From: an uncultured SAR116 cluster alpha proteobacterium
GTDB taxonomy: Bacteria > Pseudomonadota > Alphaproteobacteria > Puniceispirillales > Puniceispirillaceae
Length of the DNA: 64,000 nt
NCBI GenBank assembly: GCA_902596655.1
Contig: CACJUX010000003.1
Span: forward strand, 11,649-75,648
Reading direction: 5' to 3'
Shown: one piece after another, positions 9,457 to 18,525 of the stretch
How the letters are laid out: every line of letters begins with the position of its first letter
Numbering within the stretch: position 1 is the stretch's first letter
Notes under the pieces: model-generated
What the model was told of the DNA's origin: nothing
The model's input: the letters and a program-made list of their open reading frames with translations, nothing else
The model's database searches: none
Made by a program: the position numbers and the translations under genes

Positions 9457-10032
9457 CTATTGCAACACAAACGAGGTAAAGTGAACCTCTTCCACGCCGC
9501 CGAAGCCTTCGAGGTCCTCCAGCTTCACATTCAATCCAACCCGCAAGGCCGCGGAAAGAGCATCACGGCCAGCTTGGCCTTTCACATCTTCCTCGGTGAA
9601 TTCGGAAATCACGCCGAGAATAACCGACCGTAGTGCCAGCTGATGCGCCTCAACATTGGCCATCACAGTGTCATCATACTGGGTGGAAACGCCAACGCCA
9701 ATCTGAAGCATTTTGCGCGAGCCTTGTAGATTGGTTGTGAATGTTCCTGGAAACTCATGATAGATCGTGGCAAAAACTTCCGCATTGGGCGAATCCTTTG
9801 ATTGTTTCTGCGGCGTTGCATTGTCCGCAGCTTTCTCAGCTTCCTCAGCTTCTTTCATCTTGCGCTCAATGATTTCCTCAATCTGCTCTGATGGGTCTGG
9901 CTGGGTTGAACCAAATACCACATAACCAATGCCCAAGCCGATGGCGATCAGTAAAAAACCACCACCACCAAAGATCAAAATCTTCTTGATGAGACCGCCT
10001 TTGCCACCCTCTTCTGCATCATTTTCAGCCAT
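9457..10032 (-). CDS. fliL: Flagellar basal-body-associated protein FliL
   Basis: 191 aa with a single N-terminal TM helix and a FliL-like periplasmic domain (FTTNLQGS..LQIGVGV...EVHFTSFVLQ). Position is upstream of fliM. Confidence 0.8.
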   Translation of the reverse strand: MAENDAEEGGKGGLIKKILIFGGGGFLLIAIGLGIGYVVFGSTQPDPSEQIEEIIERKMKEAEEAEKAADNATPQKQSKDSPNAEVFATIYHEFPGTFTTNLQGSRKMLQIGVGVSTQYDDTVMANVEAHQLALRSVILGVISEFTEEDVKGQAGRDALSAALRVGLNVKLEDLEGFGGVEEVHFTSFVLQ

Positions 10033-10059
10033 TGTCGATTCCTCTTTTTGACAAATTCA

Positions 10060-12009
10060 TCATGCCAGAACGTTCAACACTGCCGTTTCGCCAGGCGCCA
10101 ACGCAGTAGTCGTATCAATTTCGATATCACCTGCATCCGCACTGCCTGACAACAGTTTATTACCTTGTTCTGAATTTTTACCATCTTTATTAGCATTCTG
10201 CCCAGACGTTTGCTGGTCAGCGAACATCATTGAGCCGCCGCCATCTGCCATAGCACCGCTATCACCATTAAGGATGGCGGTGGTGGTCTGCATGTTGGTA
10301 AGACGGAGACCGGAATGTTCAAACATCTGCGCGAGCTGTGCGCGCGAGTCACGCAGCAGGCCTGCGGCCTGCTTTGTATCGGCAGCAATGCGGATGGCTG
10401 CGCGGCCGTCACGAAGGCCCATAGTCACGTGTAGTCGTCCAAGGTTGCGCGGCTCAAGAATGATCCGTACGGCCCCTGAACCATTCTGCAAACTAGTTTG
10501 TAGCCGTCGGACCATTGTATCGGCCCAGCCATTCTGCTGAACATTCAGGCGGTAAGTCGCGACGCGTTCACCACCTGCATTCTTTGCCCCAGTATCAATC
10601 ACTGGCTGGGAATCTCGCCCCTGCTGCCCGGAGCCATTGCCACTTGACTGGCCCCCATGCTGTTGCGTGACGGAAGCCGACGACGTTGTTGATTGCTGCA
10701 ATGGGTTGTTGCTATCCGATTGCGCCTCAGCAGTCATTTGGCGCGATAGGTCAAGCATCATCGGTGGGGTCACAGTACGACTGGGCGTAACATTCAGCTG
10801 TGACGTGCTCTGTGACACAGCGAGGTTTGCCTTTTGCATCATGGCATCAGCCGGTGTCATCATTCTGTCATTACGCAGCCCATCTGGCAGTTTCTGCTCA
10901 GGTCTTATCTCGAATTTGATTTCAGATTTTTCACCGACCTCAGTCTTCAATCCATTCACCAGCGCCACTTCGTCAAGCGGTGTGGACTCAGTGGTTGCGC
11001 CCCCCTTAGTTAATATTGGCTGTGCCATCTGCAGCTTTGCAATCAGACGATCATCACCGGGTGGTGGGCGCTGTATTGACGCTAGTCCTTGGCCTGAAGC
11101 TGTTTGAGGGCCCTGCAGCTGCTTTGCCACTTCCTGCATCACCGGCCCCTTGCCTGAGGCCTGTGGAGGACCCTGCAGATACTTTGCCACTTCCTGTATC
11201 ACCGAGGAAACAGCTGGTCCTTGCCCGGATTTTTGTGGTGGTCCCTGAACAATATGGGCTAGTTGGACTGGCACTGGTCCTTTTCTTGAGGACTGAAGTG
11301 GACTTTTCAATGCAGTGGGGACAAACTCATCTAACGGTAGGTCGAGCGATGAACTAGTCATGGTCTGAGAGTCAAAATCAATTATCGCCTCAGGCGCGGC
11401 TGTCACAGCATCATCGAAAGGCAGAGCTTGTTTTAAAGCCTGCCTCAGCACCGGCTTCTCTGCTGCATAAAGCAAAGTTGCGAGCTGTGGGTTGGAGAGA
11501 GCCTCGGTATTATATGCAGGCCTTGGTACAGAGCTTTCAGATCCTTCAGTCGCTTGCCTTCGCTCAATGAGCGCCGCCGCCGCCTGCTGCATTAGCTGGT
11601 TGGCAATTGTCGCTCCTTCGCTCATCGGAGAGTCGGTAAAAATCGACTTGTCAATGGTGGAGGTAGGCATTTCGGCTTCAGTAATGCTGGAGCCAATAAT
11701 CTGCTGCGCCGCAACCAAAAGCTCTGTCAAGTTCGCCATGTTATCCAGATTAATTGCACTGGCATCACTGTTTTCCTGCGTCACAGCTATACTGGGCGGC
11801 TTTGAAGAGTGTTCAACCGACGATACTACGGCAGAGCTAGCCGATCTGCAGACGGTCTCAGCAGCTCCATCCATTTCGGGCTGCATCTGCGCAAAAAGGT
11901 CAGAAAACAATGCAAGGGCCTCAGGCGACAGAGCAGCCTCTGCCTCGACTACTGGTTCGCCTGGGCCACCAACGCCTATATTACTAGATTTTCCTTCGAT
12001 ATGTGTCAT
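10060..12009 (-). CDS. fliK: Flagellar hook-length control protein FliK
   Basis: The C-terminus has a Flg_hook/T3S4-type segment (VRIILEPRNLGRLHVTMGLRDGRAAIRIAADTKQAAGLLRDSRAQL). The N-terminal and central region is long, low-complexity and Gln/Pro/Ser-rich. ATG 12009 is preferred because the GTG at 12042 lies only ~6 nt from the predicted sigma-54 start site. Confidence 0.8.
   Translation of the reverse strand: MTHIEGKSSNIGVGGPGEPVVEAEAALSPEALALFSDLFAQMQPEMDGAAETVCRSASSAVVSSVEHSSKPPSIAVTQENSDASAINLDNMANLTELLVAAQQIIGSSITEAEMPTSTIDKSIFTDSPMSEGATIANQLMQQAAAALIERRQATEGSESSVPRPAYNTEALSNPQLATLLYAAEKPVLRQALKQALPFDDAVTAAPEAIIDFDSQTMTSSSLDLPLDEFVPTALKSPLQSSRKGPVPVQLAHIVQGPPQKSGQGPAVSSVIQEVAKYLQGPPQASGKGPVMQEVAKQLQGPQTASGQGLASIQRPPPGDDRLIAKLQMAQPILTKGGATTESTPLDEVALVNGLKTEVGEKSEIKFEIRPEQKLPDGLRNDRMMTPADAMMQKANLAVSQSTSQLNVTPSRTVTPPMMLDLSRQMTAEAQSDSNNPLQQSTTSSASVTQQHGGQSSGNGSGQQGRDSQPVIDTGAKNAGGERVATYRLNVQQNGWADTMVRRLQTSLQNGSGAVRIILEPRNLGRLHVTMGLRDGRAAIRIAADTKQAAGLLRDSRAQLAQMFEHSGLRLTNMQTTTAILNGDSGAMADGGGSMMFADQQTSGQNANKDGKNSEQGNKLLSGSADAGDIEIDTTTALAPGETAVLNVLA
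11059..11250 (-). repeat. Imperfect in-frame tandem repeat inside fliK (about three ~21-24-aa units)
   Basis: Protein units are VQGPPQKSGQGPAVSSVIQEVAKY / LQGPPQASGKGPVMQEVAKQ / LQGPQTASGQGLASIQRPPPG. The corresponding ~60-70-nt DNA units are visibly similar. Confidence 0.8.
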
Positions 12010-12059
12010 TTTAAACCCGTTACAATAACATGCAAGACGCACGTTTCCGGGAAAAGCAT

Positions 12060-12075
12060 TGCAAAAACAATGCCA
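12060..12075 (-). promoter_or_regulatory. Sigma-54 promoter match upstream of fliK
   Basis: The minus strand reads TGGCAT-TGTTT-TTGCA with canonical spacing, in the fliJ-fliK gap. Confidence 0.6.
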
Positions 12076-12136
12076 GTAAAGGCAATTTGGCGATTTTTAA
12101 TTGACAGGCCTAAATTTCAGAGTCGGTCTGCCGACA

Positions 12137-12556
12137 TTAGCGGCTGGGCCGGGATCGGGACGGCAACAGCGCGGCAATGCGTTCCTCGCGCATTTTGCGC
12201 TCGTAGCGGCGGTGTTCTATTCCCTTTTTAACCGACAGCTCATGCCGATAGCGCTCGTTGGCAAGCTGTTCTTCCTGGGCGCTGACCTCAGCGTTGAGAA
12301 ACTCATTGCGGTTACTAATCGTTGTTAGCTGTTCATGGACACGCGTTGCATACCAGCTAGATGAACGGATTTGCATTGCTGTCGTAGCTCCCGGTTTGAT
12401 TTCAGTATCATCAATAATTGCGGAAAGCTGTGTCTGAATTTTGTTGGTCCGCTCGAGCTCCTCGCGCAATGTGCGCATCGCTTGGCTTTTCCGCGCCAAT
12501 TCAACTTTCTGCTTAAGCGCCAGACGTTCATAAATAGATTTACGCTTCGCCATCAT
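12137..12556 (-). CDS. fliJ: Flagellar export chaperone/stalk protein FliJ
   Basis: 139-aa all-helical, charged protein immediately downstream of fliI. Its start overlaps the fliI stop. Confidence 0.7.
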   Translation of the reverse strand: MMAKRKSIYERLALKQKVELARKSQAMRTLREELERTNKIQTQLSAIIDDTEIKPGATTAMQIRSSSWYATRVHEQLTTISNRNEFLNAEVSAQEEQLANERYRHELSVKKGIEHRRYERKMREERIAALLPSRSRPSR

Positions 12557-13881
12557 GAGGCCATGAGCTTGAGCAGTTCCGTGCGGCTGCTGTCAAAATC
12601 AGCCTTCTCATTTTCCTGCTGTTGAATATAATTCATCAAACCCGGCCAGAGCGAGACTGCAAGATCGAGTTCTGTGTCTTGTCCTGGGGAATATCCCCCC
12701 ATCAATAGCAAATCACGGTTCTCCATGTAGAGAGAGACAAGTCTGCGGAATTTGCGAGCTGCCTGCTGGTGATCAGCGCTAACAATGTCATTCATCACAC
12801 GGCTAATCGATGACGGCACATCAACCGCCGGATAAACACCCATCTGGGTCTGGTCGCGCGACAACAGAATATGGCCATCAAGAATGGCCCGTGCCGTGTC
12901 AACGACCGGATCATTTGCATCATCACCATCAGCAAGGACCGTGTAGATGGCAGTGATCGCGCCCTGCCCCTTTGCACCGGTGCCGGTGCGCTCGATCAGG
13001 CGTGGGATCATCGAGACAACCGACGGCGGATATCCTTTTGAAGTCGGCTGTTCACCCAACGCCAGGCCGATTTCCCTGCGAGCATGCGCAACCCGCGTCA
13101 GCGAGTCCATGATCAGCAACACATTCTTACCCTTATCGCGATAATATTCAGCTATGGCTGTTGCCCGCTCGGCACCACGGATACGTAGCAACGGTGAACG
13201 GTCAGCCGGCACCGCAACGACGGCGGTACGCAAGCGGGCATCGCCACCCAGGATTGTGTTCACAAAGGCGCCAACCTCGCGGCCACGCTCACCAATCATC
13301 CCGACAACGACAATATCGGCTGTCGTGTAGCGGCTCATCATCCCTAGCAGAACGGATTTACCTACACCAGAGCCAGCGATAATACCAATTCGCTGTCCCA
13401 TGCCGACGGTTAGCATCGAATTTATGACGCGTACACCGACGTCAAGCGGCTTATCCACCGGCCCGCGGGTCAGTGGATTCAGCGTCTTGCCCATCAGCGG
13501 CCAGCGATCATCAAGGTCAAAGGCTCCACCCTCATCTAATGGATTGCCAAGCGCATCTGTCACTCGGCCAAGCAGCCCGTCACCAACCGGTATGGTGGCA
13601 CCATCATCAAACAATGTTACCCGCGCGCCAACCCGGATGCGCGCGCCAAAATCATGCAAAGAGAGCAGATTATTGCCATGATGAAAGCCAATCACCTCGG
13701 CAATAGCACTTTCAGCGCCATCCGTTTCGATCCTACAAAGCGCGCCAATATTTGCCGGAAAGCCATTGCATTCTACCATCTGGCCATCATAGCGGCTGAC
13801 ATGACCGTATATTGCCATCGGCTGATCAACAGCAAGCCTGTTGACCTTGCCAATCAACATGTCACTAAGCTGATTCATCAT
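12553..13881 (-). CDS. fliI: Flagellum-specific ATPase FliI
   Basis: 442 aa with Walker A (GSGVGKS) and Walker B (VLLIMDSLTR). It is F1-beta-like throughout. Confidence 0.95.
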   Translation of the reverse strand: MMNQLSDMLIGKVNRLAVDQPMAIYGHVSRYDGQMVECNGFPANIGALCRIETDGAESAIAEVIGFHHGNNLLSLHDFGARIRVGARVTLFDDGATIPVGDGLLGRVTDALGNPLDEGGAFDLDDRWPLMGKTLNPLTRGPVDKPLDVGVRVINSMLTVGMGQRIGIIAGSGVGKSVLLGMMSRYTTADIVVVGMIGERGREVGAFVNTILGGDARLRTAVVAVPADRSPLLRIRGAERATAIAEYYRDKGKNVLLIMDSLTRVAHARREIGLALGEQPTSKGYPPSVVSMIPRLIERTGTGAKGQGAITAIYTVLADGDDANDPVVDTARAILDGHILLSRDQTQMGVYPAVDVPSSISRVMNDIVSADHQQAARKFRRLVSLYMENRDLLLMGGYSPGQDTELDLAVSLWPGLMNYIQQQENEKADFDSSRTELLKLMAS

Positions 13882-15188
13882 TGATCCGTTTTGGTCTCAT
13901 CGGCGTCTTTCGCTGCAAGGGCTGCGGCATCCTCTGTCTCGGCCTTGGGTTTTAGACCAATCGAAAAGCCACCTTCGTCTGGGGCCTTTGACGAGGCGCT
14001 GCTTTCACTTAGCTCGTTATCATCAGCACTGCTAGCTATGGCCGGTTTGGCATTTGCCGTAGTTACAATGTCTACCCCGGTGATATTTGCTTCAGCGGCA
14101 GCCGCATCGGTGATGCTGGCACCAGCTAATGAAGACACTGTTGGTCTTGTGGTGACATCATCTGCTGGCTGAACAGCCACTTTTCCACCCACTCTAGTGT
14201 GCAATTCATCCTCAATGCCGATACCGTCAATTACCAGCCTAACGTCACCTGATGCAAGCATCTCGTCAGCTTCAAGGCCACAGTTCTGTAGCTTTTCGCG
14301 CGTTGCAATGATTGGCTTTAGGGCCCGGAAATCATCAGGGTTTAAGATAATCTTCGGATGATCAGCACCCTGCTTGATAGTAGCAAGGATTGTTTCAATG
14401 CGCCCAGCGAAGGCCTCTGGCACTTCGGCAATCGCCATACCGGCACGCTCGCTGGCAAGTAAGAGAATAGCATCATGAATTTTGGCTGTCAGCGCATTTA
14501 GGTCAAGGTTTGGAGAGCTTGTGAGCGCAAGCGTCGCCTTTTCAAACCCCTGAATTGCGGTTTCCAGCTGGGCTGTCGCCTCTGCCTGACCAGCTGCGCG
14601 CCCAGCCTCATATCCCTTGTTATGGCCCGCCTTAAGGCCTATTTCCTCGCCCGAAGCGAGGCCTTCTGCAAGACCACGCTCATACTCAGCTTGTAATTCC
14701 GCAGCAGCAGAAGCAGCAGCAATTTCCTCCTCACTCGGTTCAGGCTCTGTAGCGTCCAAATTGCCAGTCTCCTGCAGCGGCGCGTCGTTTGCCACGTCAG
14801 CCGCAGCAGCGGAATCTGTGGCAATATCGTCCGCGGGTATGTCCGGTGAAATGTCACCAGCCGCCGCATGATCAGTCGCCTCGGCGGCGGTGTTGGCAGC
14901 CCCAGCATCGTCAGAAGTGGATGTTGATGCCGCCTCACTTGCGGCAGCTTCCTGCAAATCAGCCTCGCGCCGACGCTGTGCCTCCATTGCAATAGTCACC
15001 AATGTGCGTGGCTCAAAACTCTCCTTGGACTTAACTGGTATGTTGTCGGTACGGCTATAAGCCGCCTTTGACGAAAGCGAGACCAAACGCGCAATTTCTG
15101 CGTCATCAAGCTTGCCTGCGGGTATATCATCCTCGTCAAACAAGGGCTCAGTCTTTGGCACATCATTCTGAGCTTCTGCGGTTTGCAT
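13878..15188 (-). CDS. fliH: Flagellar export ATPase regulator FliH, unusually long (436 aa)
   Basis: Positioned between fliG and fliI. A central FliH-like helical region (ELQAEYERGLAEGLASGEEIGLKAGHNKGYEAGRAAGQAEA) is flanked by acidic, Ala-rich low-complexity stretches. Confidence 0.75.
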   Translation of the reverse strand: MQTAEAQNDVPKTEPLFDEDDIPAGKLDDAEIARLVSLSSKAAYSRTDNIPVKSKESFEPRTLVTIAMEAQRRREADLQEAAASEAASTSTSDDAGAANTAAEATDHAAAGDISPDIPADDIATDSAAAADVANDAPLQETGNLDATEPEPSEEEIAAASAAAELQAEYERGLAEGLASGEEIGLKAGHNKGYEAGRAAGQAEATAQLETAIQGFEKATLALTSSPNLDLNALTAKIHDAILLLASERAGMAIAEVPEAFAGRIETILATIKQGADHPKIILNPDDFRALKPIIATREKLQNCGLEADEMLASGDVRLVIDGIGIEDELHTRVGGKVAVQPADDVTTRPTVSSLAGASITDAAAAEANITGVDIVTTANAKPAIASSADDNELSESSASSKAPDEGGFSIGLKPKAETEDAAALAAKDADETKTDQ

Positions 15189-15240
15189 CGCGTCATACCT
15201 CCTTCATCAATTCTATCGGCTCACAAACTGAAATCACAGG

Positions 15241-16284
15241 TTAGACGAAATCGTCTCCACCACGACCTGCAAGAACAATGGTGCCTTCGTCAGACATTGT
15301 CCGGGCTATGTTGATAATGCGTTTCTGAGCATCCTGCACCTCAGTCAGGCGAACCGGACCAAGCGCTTCCATCTCGTCTGCTAGGTTGGCCGCAGCTCGT
15401 GAGGACATGCACGAGAACAGCTTGTCACGCAGTGGTTCATCGGCACCTTTGAGAGCAAGAACCAGATCCTCTGTCTCAACGTTACGGAGCAATGTCTGCA
15501 GGGATTTGTCATCAGAATCGAGCAGATTATCAAATACAAACATACTCTCCTGAATGGCTTGCATGAGATTGCGGTCTTCCTCGCCAATTACTTCCATGAT
15601 CAGAGCTTCAGTATCCTGTTTGGTGAAGTTCATAATCTGCGCTGCTGCCTTCACGCCGCCTACCTGTGAGGCGCGTAATGTGGCGTTTGATTTGAATTTG
15701 CGCTGCATAACATCCTCAAGTTCGCGCAGCGCTTCGGGCTGCACTGTCTCCAGCGTAGCAACACGATAGACGACATCAGGTTGCAATTCGTCAGGAAGCG
15801 ACAGCAACACGTCTGAGGCAAGACCTGCATCAAGATAAGACATCACAAGGGCGATGATCTGTGGATGCTCATCAACAACCAGTTCGGCGATTGAGCGCGC
15901 ATCCATCCAGTCAAGAATTTCGATAGGACGTTCCTGGCTGGTTGGCGTGATCCGGGTTAGGACTGATTGAGCCTTGTCATCACCAAGCGCCTTTGTCAAA
16001 ACATTTCGTATATAGTTGCCAGCACCTAGACCGAGACTGGTCTGTTCCTTGATGATGGCTAGAAATTCATCAAGCACCTGATTGACCAGATCCTGACCAA
16101 GCCCCTGAACAGAGTACATTGCCGACCCAAGATGCTGGACCTCACGAGGTGACAAGTTTTTCAGAATTTCAGCTGCTTCTTCCTCGCCAATAAGCATCAT
16201 CAGAATTGCTGATTTCTGGGTTCCCGTCAGACGCTCGAAAGCGTCCTTGTCATCGTCCTTCTTGTCCTTCTGAGCTTCAGCCAT
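15241..16284 (-). CDS. fliG: Flagellar motor switch protein FliG
   Basis: 347 aa with conserved FliG segments (LTGTQKSAILMMLIGEE, MFVFDNL, and a C-terminal charged helix region). Confidence 0.95.
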   Translation of the reverse strand: MAEAQKDKKDDDKDAFERLTGTQKSAILMMLIGEEEAAEILKNLSPREVQHLGSAMYSVQGLGQDLVNQVLDEFLAIIKEQTSLGLGAGNYIRNVLTKALGDDKAQSVLTRITPTSQERPIEILDWMDARSIAELVVDEHPQIIALVMSYLDAGLASDVLLSLPDELQPDVVYRVATLETVQPEALRELEDVMQRKFKSNATLRASQVGGVKAAAQIMNFTKQDTEALIMEVIGEEDRNLMQAIQESMFVFDNLLDSDDKSLQTLLRNVETEDLVLALKGADEPLRDKLFSCMSSRAAANLADEMEALGPVRLTEVQDAQKRIINIARTMSDEGTIVLAGRGGDDFV

Positions 16285-16356
16285 TTTACCCTCACATCTT
16301 ATTTAATCATGGTGATACCGCATTGAAGGAGTGCGATATCACTTGTGGATAACAAG

Positions 16357-18081
16357 TTACGCCATATCACTCTGTATCATTGTCTTGAAGACGTTGGACA
16401 CACGTCCTGCCTCGTCTCCAACGATCATTCTGATCACAGCAACCTTATCATCATAGGTGTTTGCTGTATCCAGCATTTCTGGTGAAATTGCAGCTTTCTT
16501 GGGCTTGAGCTTGGCCTTTATGTCCTCAAGGCTCTCACCCTCCTGGATCTCGACCTGTTCGACTTCGGCATCATCGTCAAGGCTGACCATTGCTTCACCT
16601 GGTGCACCAGCAGCGGCCGGCACCATAATGCGCGAGATCAAGGGACGAATGACACCTAAAACGACCACTGCCATGATCAAAATAGTCATACCTTGCTTCA
16701 TAAGCGTGACAGCCCATTCCATATCATACCAAGGCTTGGTTACACCCTTCAGCGTAGAAACAAAAGCCGAACTGCTCACGGTGAGACTGTCACCTCGTTC
16801 CAAATCCAGACCAATTGCATTAATGACCAGCTTCTCGATTTCAGCTAACTTTTCCTCAGGAACGGCCTGCACTTCGGTAAGGCCAGTCTCATTGTTCACC
16901 ACTTCCAAATCACGCACCAGAACAGAGGCCTGTATCCGGGTGATCTGGGTTCCAGGCTTGCGCGTTGTCGAGATTGTACGGCTTACCTCATAATTCTTCA
17001 CCTCACTGGACGAACGATTTGCAACTCCACCCTCAGTAACATTGTCACCCTGTATGTTCGTCATTTCTGTCTGCGCCGGAGCCTTGTTCGCAGTTGCGCC
17101 GGGAATGCCACGGGCGGCCAATTCCGAGGAAGTATCGGAAGAGCGCTGCTCACTGCGCAAGGCGTTGCGCTCGGGGTCAACTAGTTCCTCAGTAACTTCG
17201 CTGCGAGTGAAATCAATGCCAAGATTGACTTCTGCCATGACATTGCCGCCACCAACCATGGGGGTTACAATCGAAAGGATACGCTGGCGATAGATGTCCT
17301 CAAGGCGGATACGGTGTTCAAGCTGGGAGTCCGTCATTGCCGATGCAGCATTACGACCGGGCTGGGAGAGTAGAGTGCCATATTGATCAACGACTGTGAC
17401 CTCTCCCTTAGGCAAACTTGGAACCGAAGATGAGACTAAATGCACAATTGCGTTGATCTGCTGTCGTGACAGCGAGCGGCCGTCCTCCATCTGCACGAAC
17501 ACAGAGGCTGATGGGGGCACCGAGGCGCGGGCAAAAACAGATTTTTCGGGAATTGCAAGATGCACTCGTGCTGCTACAAGTCCCTCTATCTCACTAATTG
17601 AGCGAGCCAGTTCGATCTCCTGGCTCTGTTTAAGACGTACGTTTTCGACGGTACGGCTCGATCCCATGGGAATTTCGCTAATCGAGTCATAGCCCTCAGG
17701 AACAGAGGCCGGGAGGCCCTGTGCCGCAAGTTGCATACGGGCGGTATGGTAATCTGAGGTAGGCACCAAAATTTCACCCGTCGTTGGGTCAAGCTGAACC
17801 TGAACGCCAGAATTTTTCAGCGCCTCAACTACACGCGCCTTTTCCGCCTCAGGCATACCAGCATACAGCGTCGTCACTGGCGGCTTATTTAAAAAATAGA
17901 ATGCTGCCAAGCCAATCACAACCAAAGCCACTCCAAGAATCGCGGGCGCAGAGCGTCGGACGCTCGGATCGGATGCAATCCGGCGAACGGTGGAGAGCGG
18001 ACTATTATTTTTTACCGAGACAACTGTTGTCGTATTTGCGGTGCCGTCCTCGGGAGCTGTGATATCTGTTGCTTCGGCCAT
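16357..18081 (-). CDS. fliF: Flagellar MS-ring protein FliF
   Basis: 574 aa with N- and C-proximal TM helices and YscJ/FliF-type periplasmic domains. Position is between fliE and fliG. Confidence 0.95.
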   Translation of the reverse strand: MAEATDITAPEDGTANTTTVVSVKNNSPLSTVRRIASDPSVRRSAPAILGVALVVIGLAAFYFLNKPPVTTLYAGMPEAEKARVVEALKNSGVQVQLDPTTGEILVPTSDYHTARMQLAAQGLPASVPEGYDSISEIPMGSSRTVENVRLKQSQEIELARSISEIEGLVAARVHLAIPEKSVFARASVPPSASVFVQMEDGRSLSRQQINAIVHLVSSSVPSLPKGEVTVVDQYGTLLSQPGRNAASAMTDSQLEHRIRLEDIYRQRILSIVTPMVGGGNVMAEVNLGIDFTRSEVTEELVDPERNALRSEQRSSDTSSELAARGIPGATANKAPAQTEMTNIQGDNVTEGGVANRSSSEVKNYEVSRTISTTRKPGTQITRIQASVLVRDLEVVNNETGLTEVQAVPEEKLAEIEKLVINAIGLDLERGDSLTVSSSAFVSTLKGVTKPWYDMEWAVTLMKQGMTILIMAVVVLGVIRPLISRIMVPAAAGAPGEAMVSLDDDAEVEQVEIQEGESLEDIKAKLKPKKAAISPEMLDTANTYDDKVAVIRMIVGDEAGRVSNVFKTMIQSDMA

Positions 18082-18144
18082 TTTACTTTTATCCCTAGAT
18101 TACCATTTCTGGTTTTGTGAGCCTAATGACTGCCAATTGCTGAA

Positions 18145-18459
18145 TTACACTGGCATATTCATGATGTCTTTGTAGGCACTGAGAACCTTGTTACGGACAT
18201 TAAGCGTCATCTGAAAACCAAGCGAAGAGACTTGCTGCTGGACCATGACCTTGCTGAGATCATGCTCAGCACCCATCTCGTAAGCCTTGGTAAGGTTGGC
18301 ACTGTCTGACTGGGCAGATGCCACTTGGTTCAGCGCATCGCCGATGCGGTCGGAAAAATCAGTAACACCCGTGCCCTTGCCAAGTGTCTGCTCGGCATGT
18401 TTAAGCACTTCTTGATGCAAACTGCCAATGCTGTTTCCCACTGGTCCAATCGTAGTCAT
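18145..18459 (-). CDS. fliE: Flagellar hook-basal body protein FliE
   Basis: 104 aa with a C-terminus typical of FliE (LSKVMVQQQVSSLGFQMTLNVRNKVLSAYKDIMNMPV). Confidence 0.85.
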   Translation of the reverse strand: MTTIGPVGNSIGSLHQEVLKHAEQTLGKGTGVTDFSDRIGDALNQVASAQSDSANLTKAYEMGAEHDLSKVMVQQQVSSLGFQMTLNVRNKVLSAYKDIMNMPV

Positions 18460-18525
18460 TTTTTTCTCCCATAAGTGTCCATAAGTGTATTTAATGGTGC
18501 TACAATCACCATTGGCTAACTTAAA

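Noticed and set aside
10274-12231. Several 80-180-aa plus-strand ORFs inside and beyond fliK (10274-10540, 10637-11107, 11016-11357, 11492-12028, 11809-12231)
   Set aside because: All are antisense to fliK, and the last also runs over the fliK promoter region. Low-complexity genes commonly leave the opposite strand open. None has start signals.
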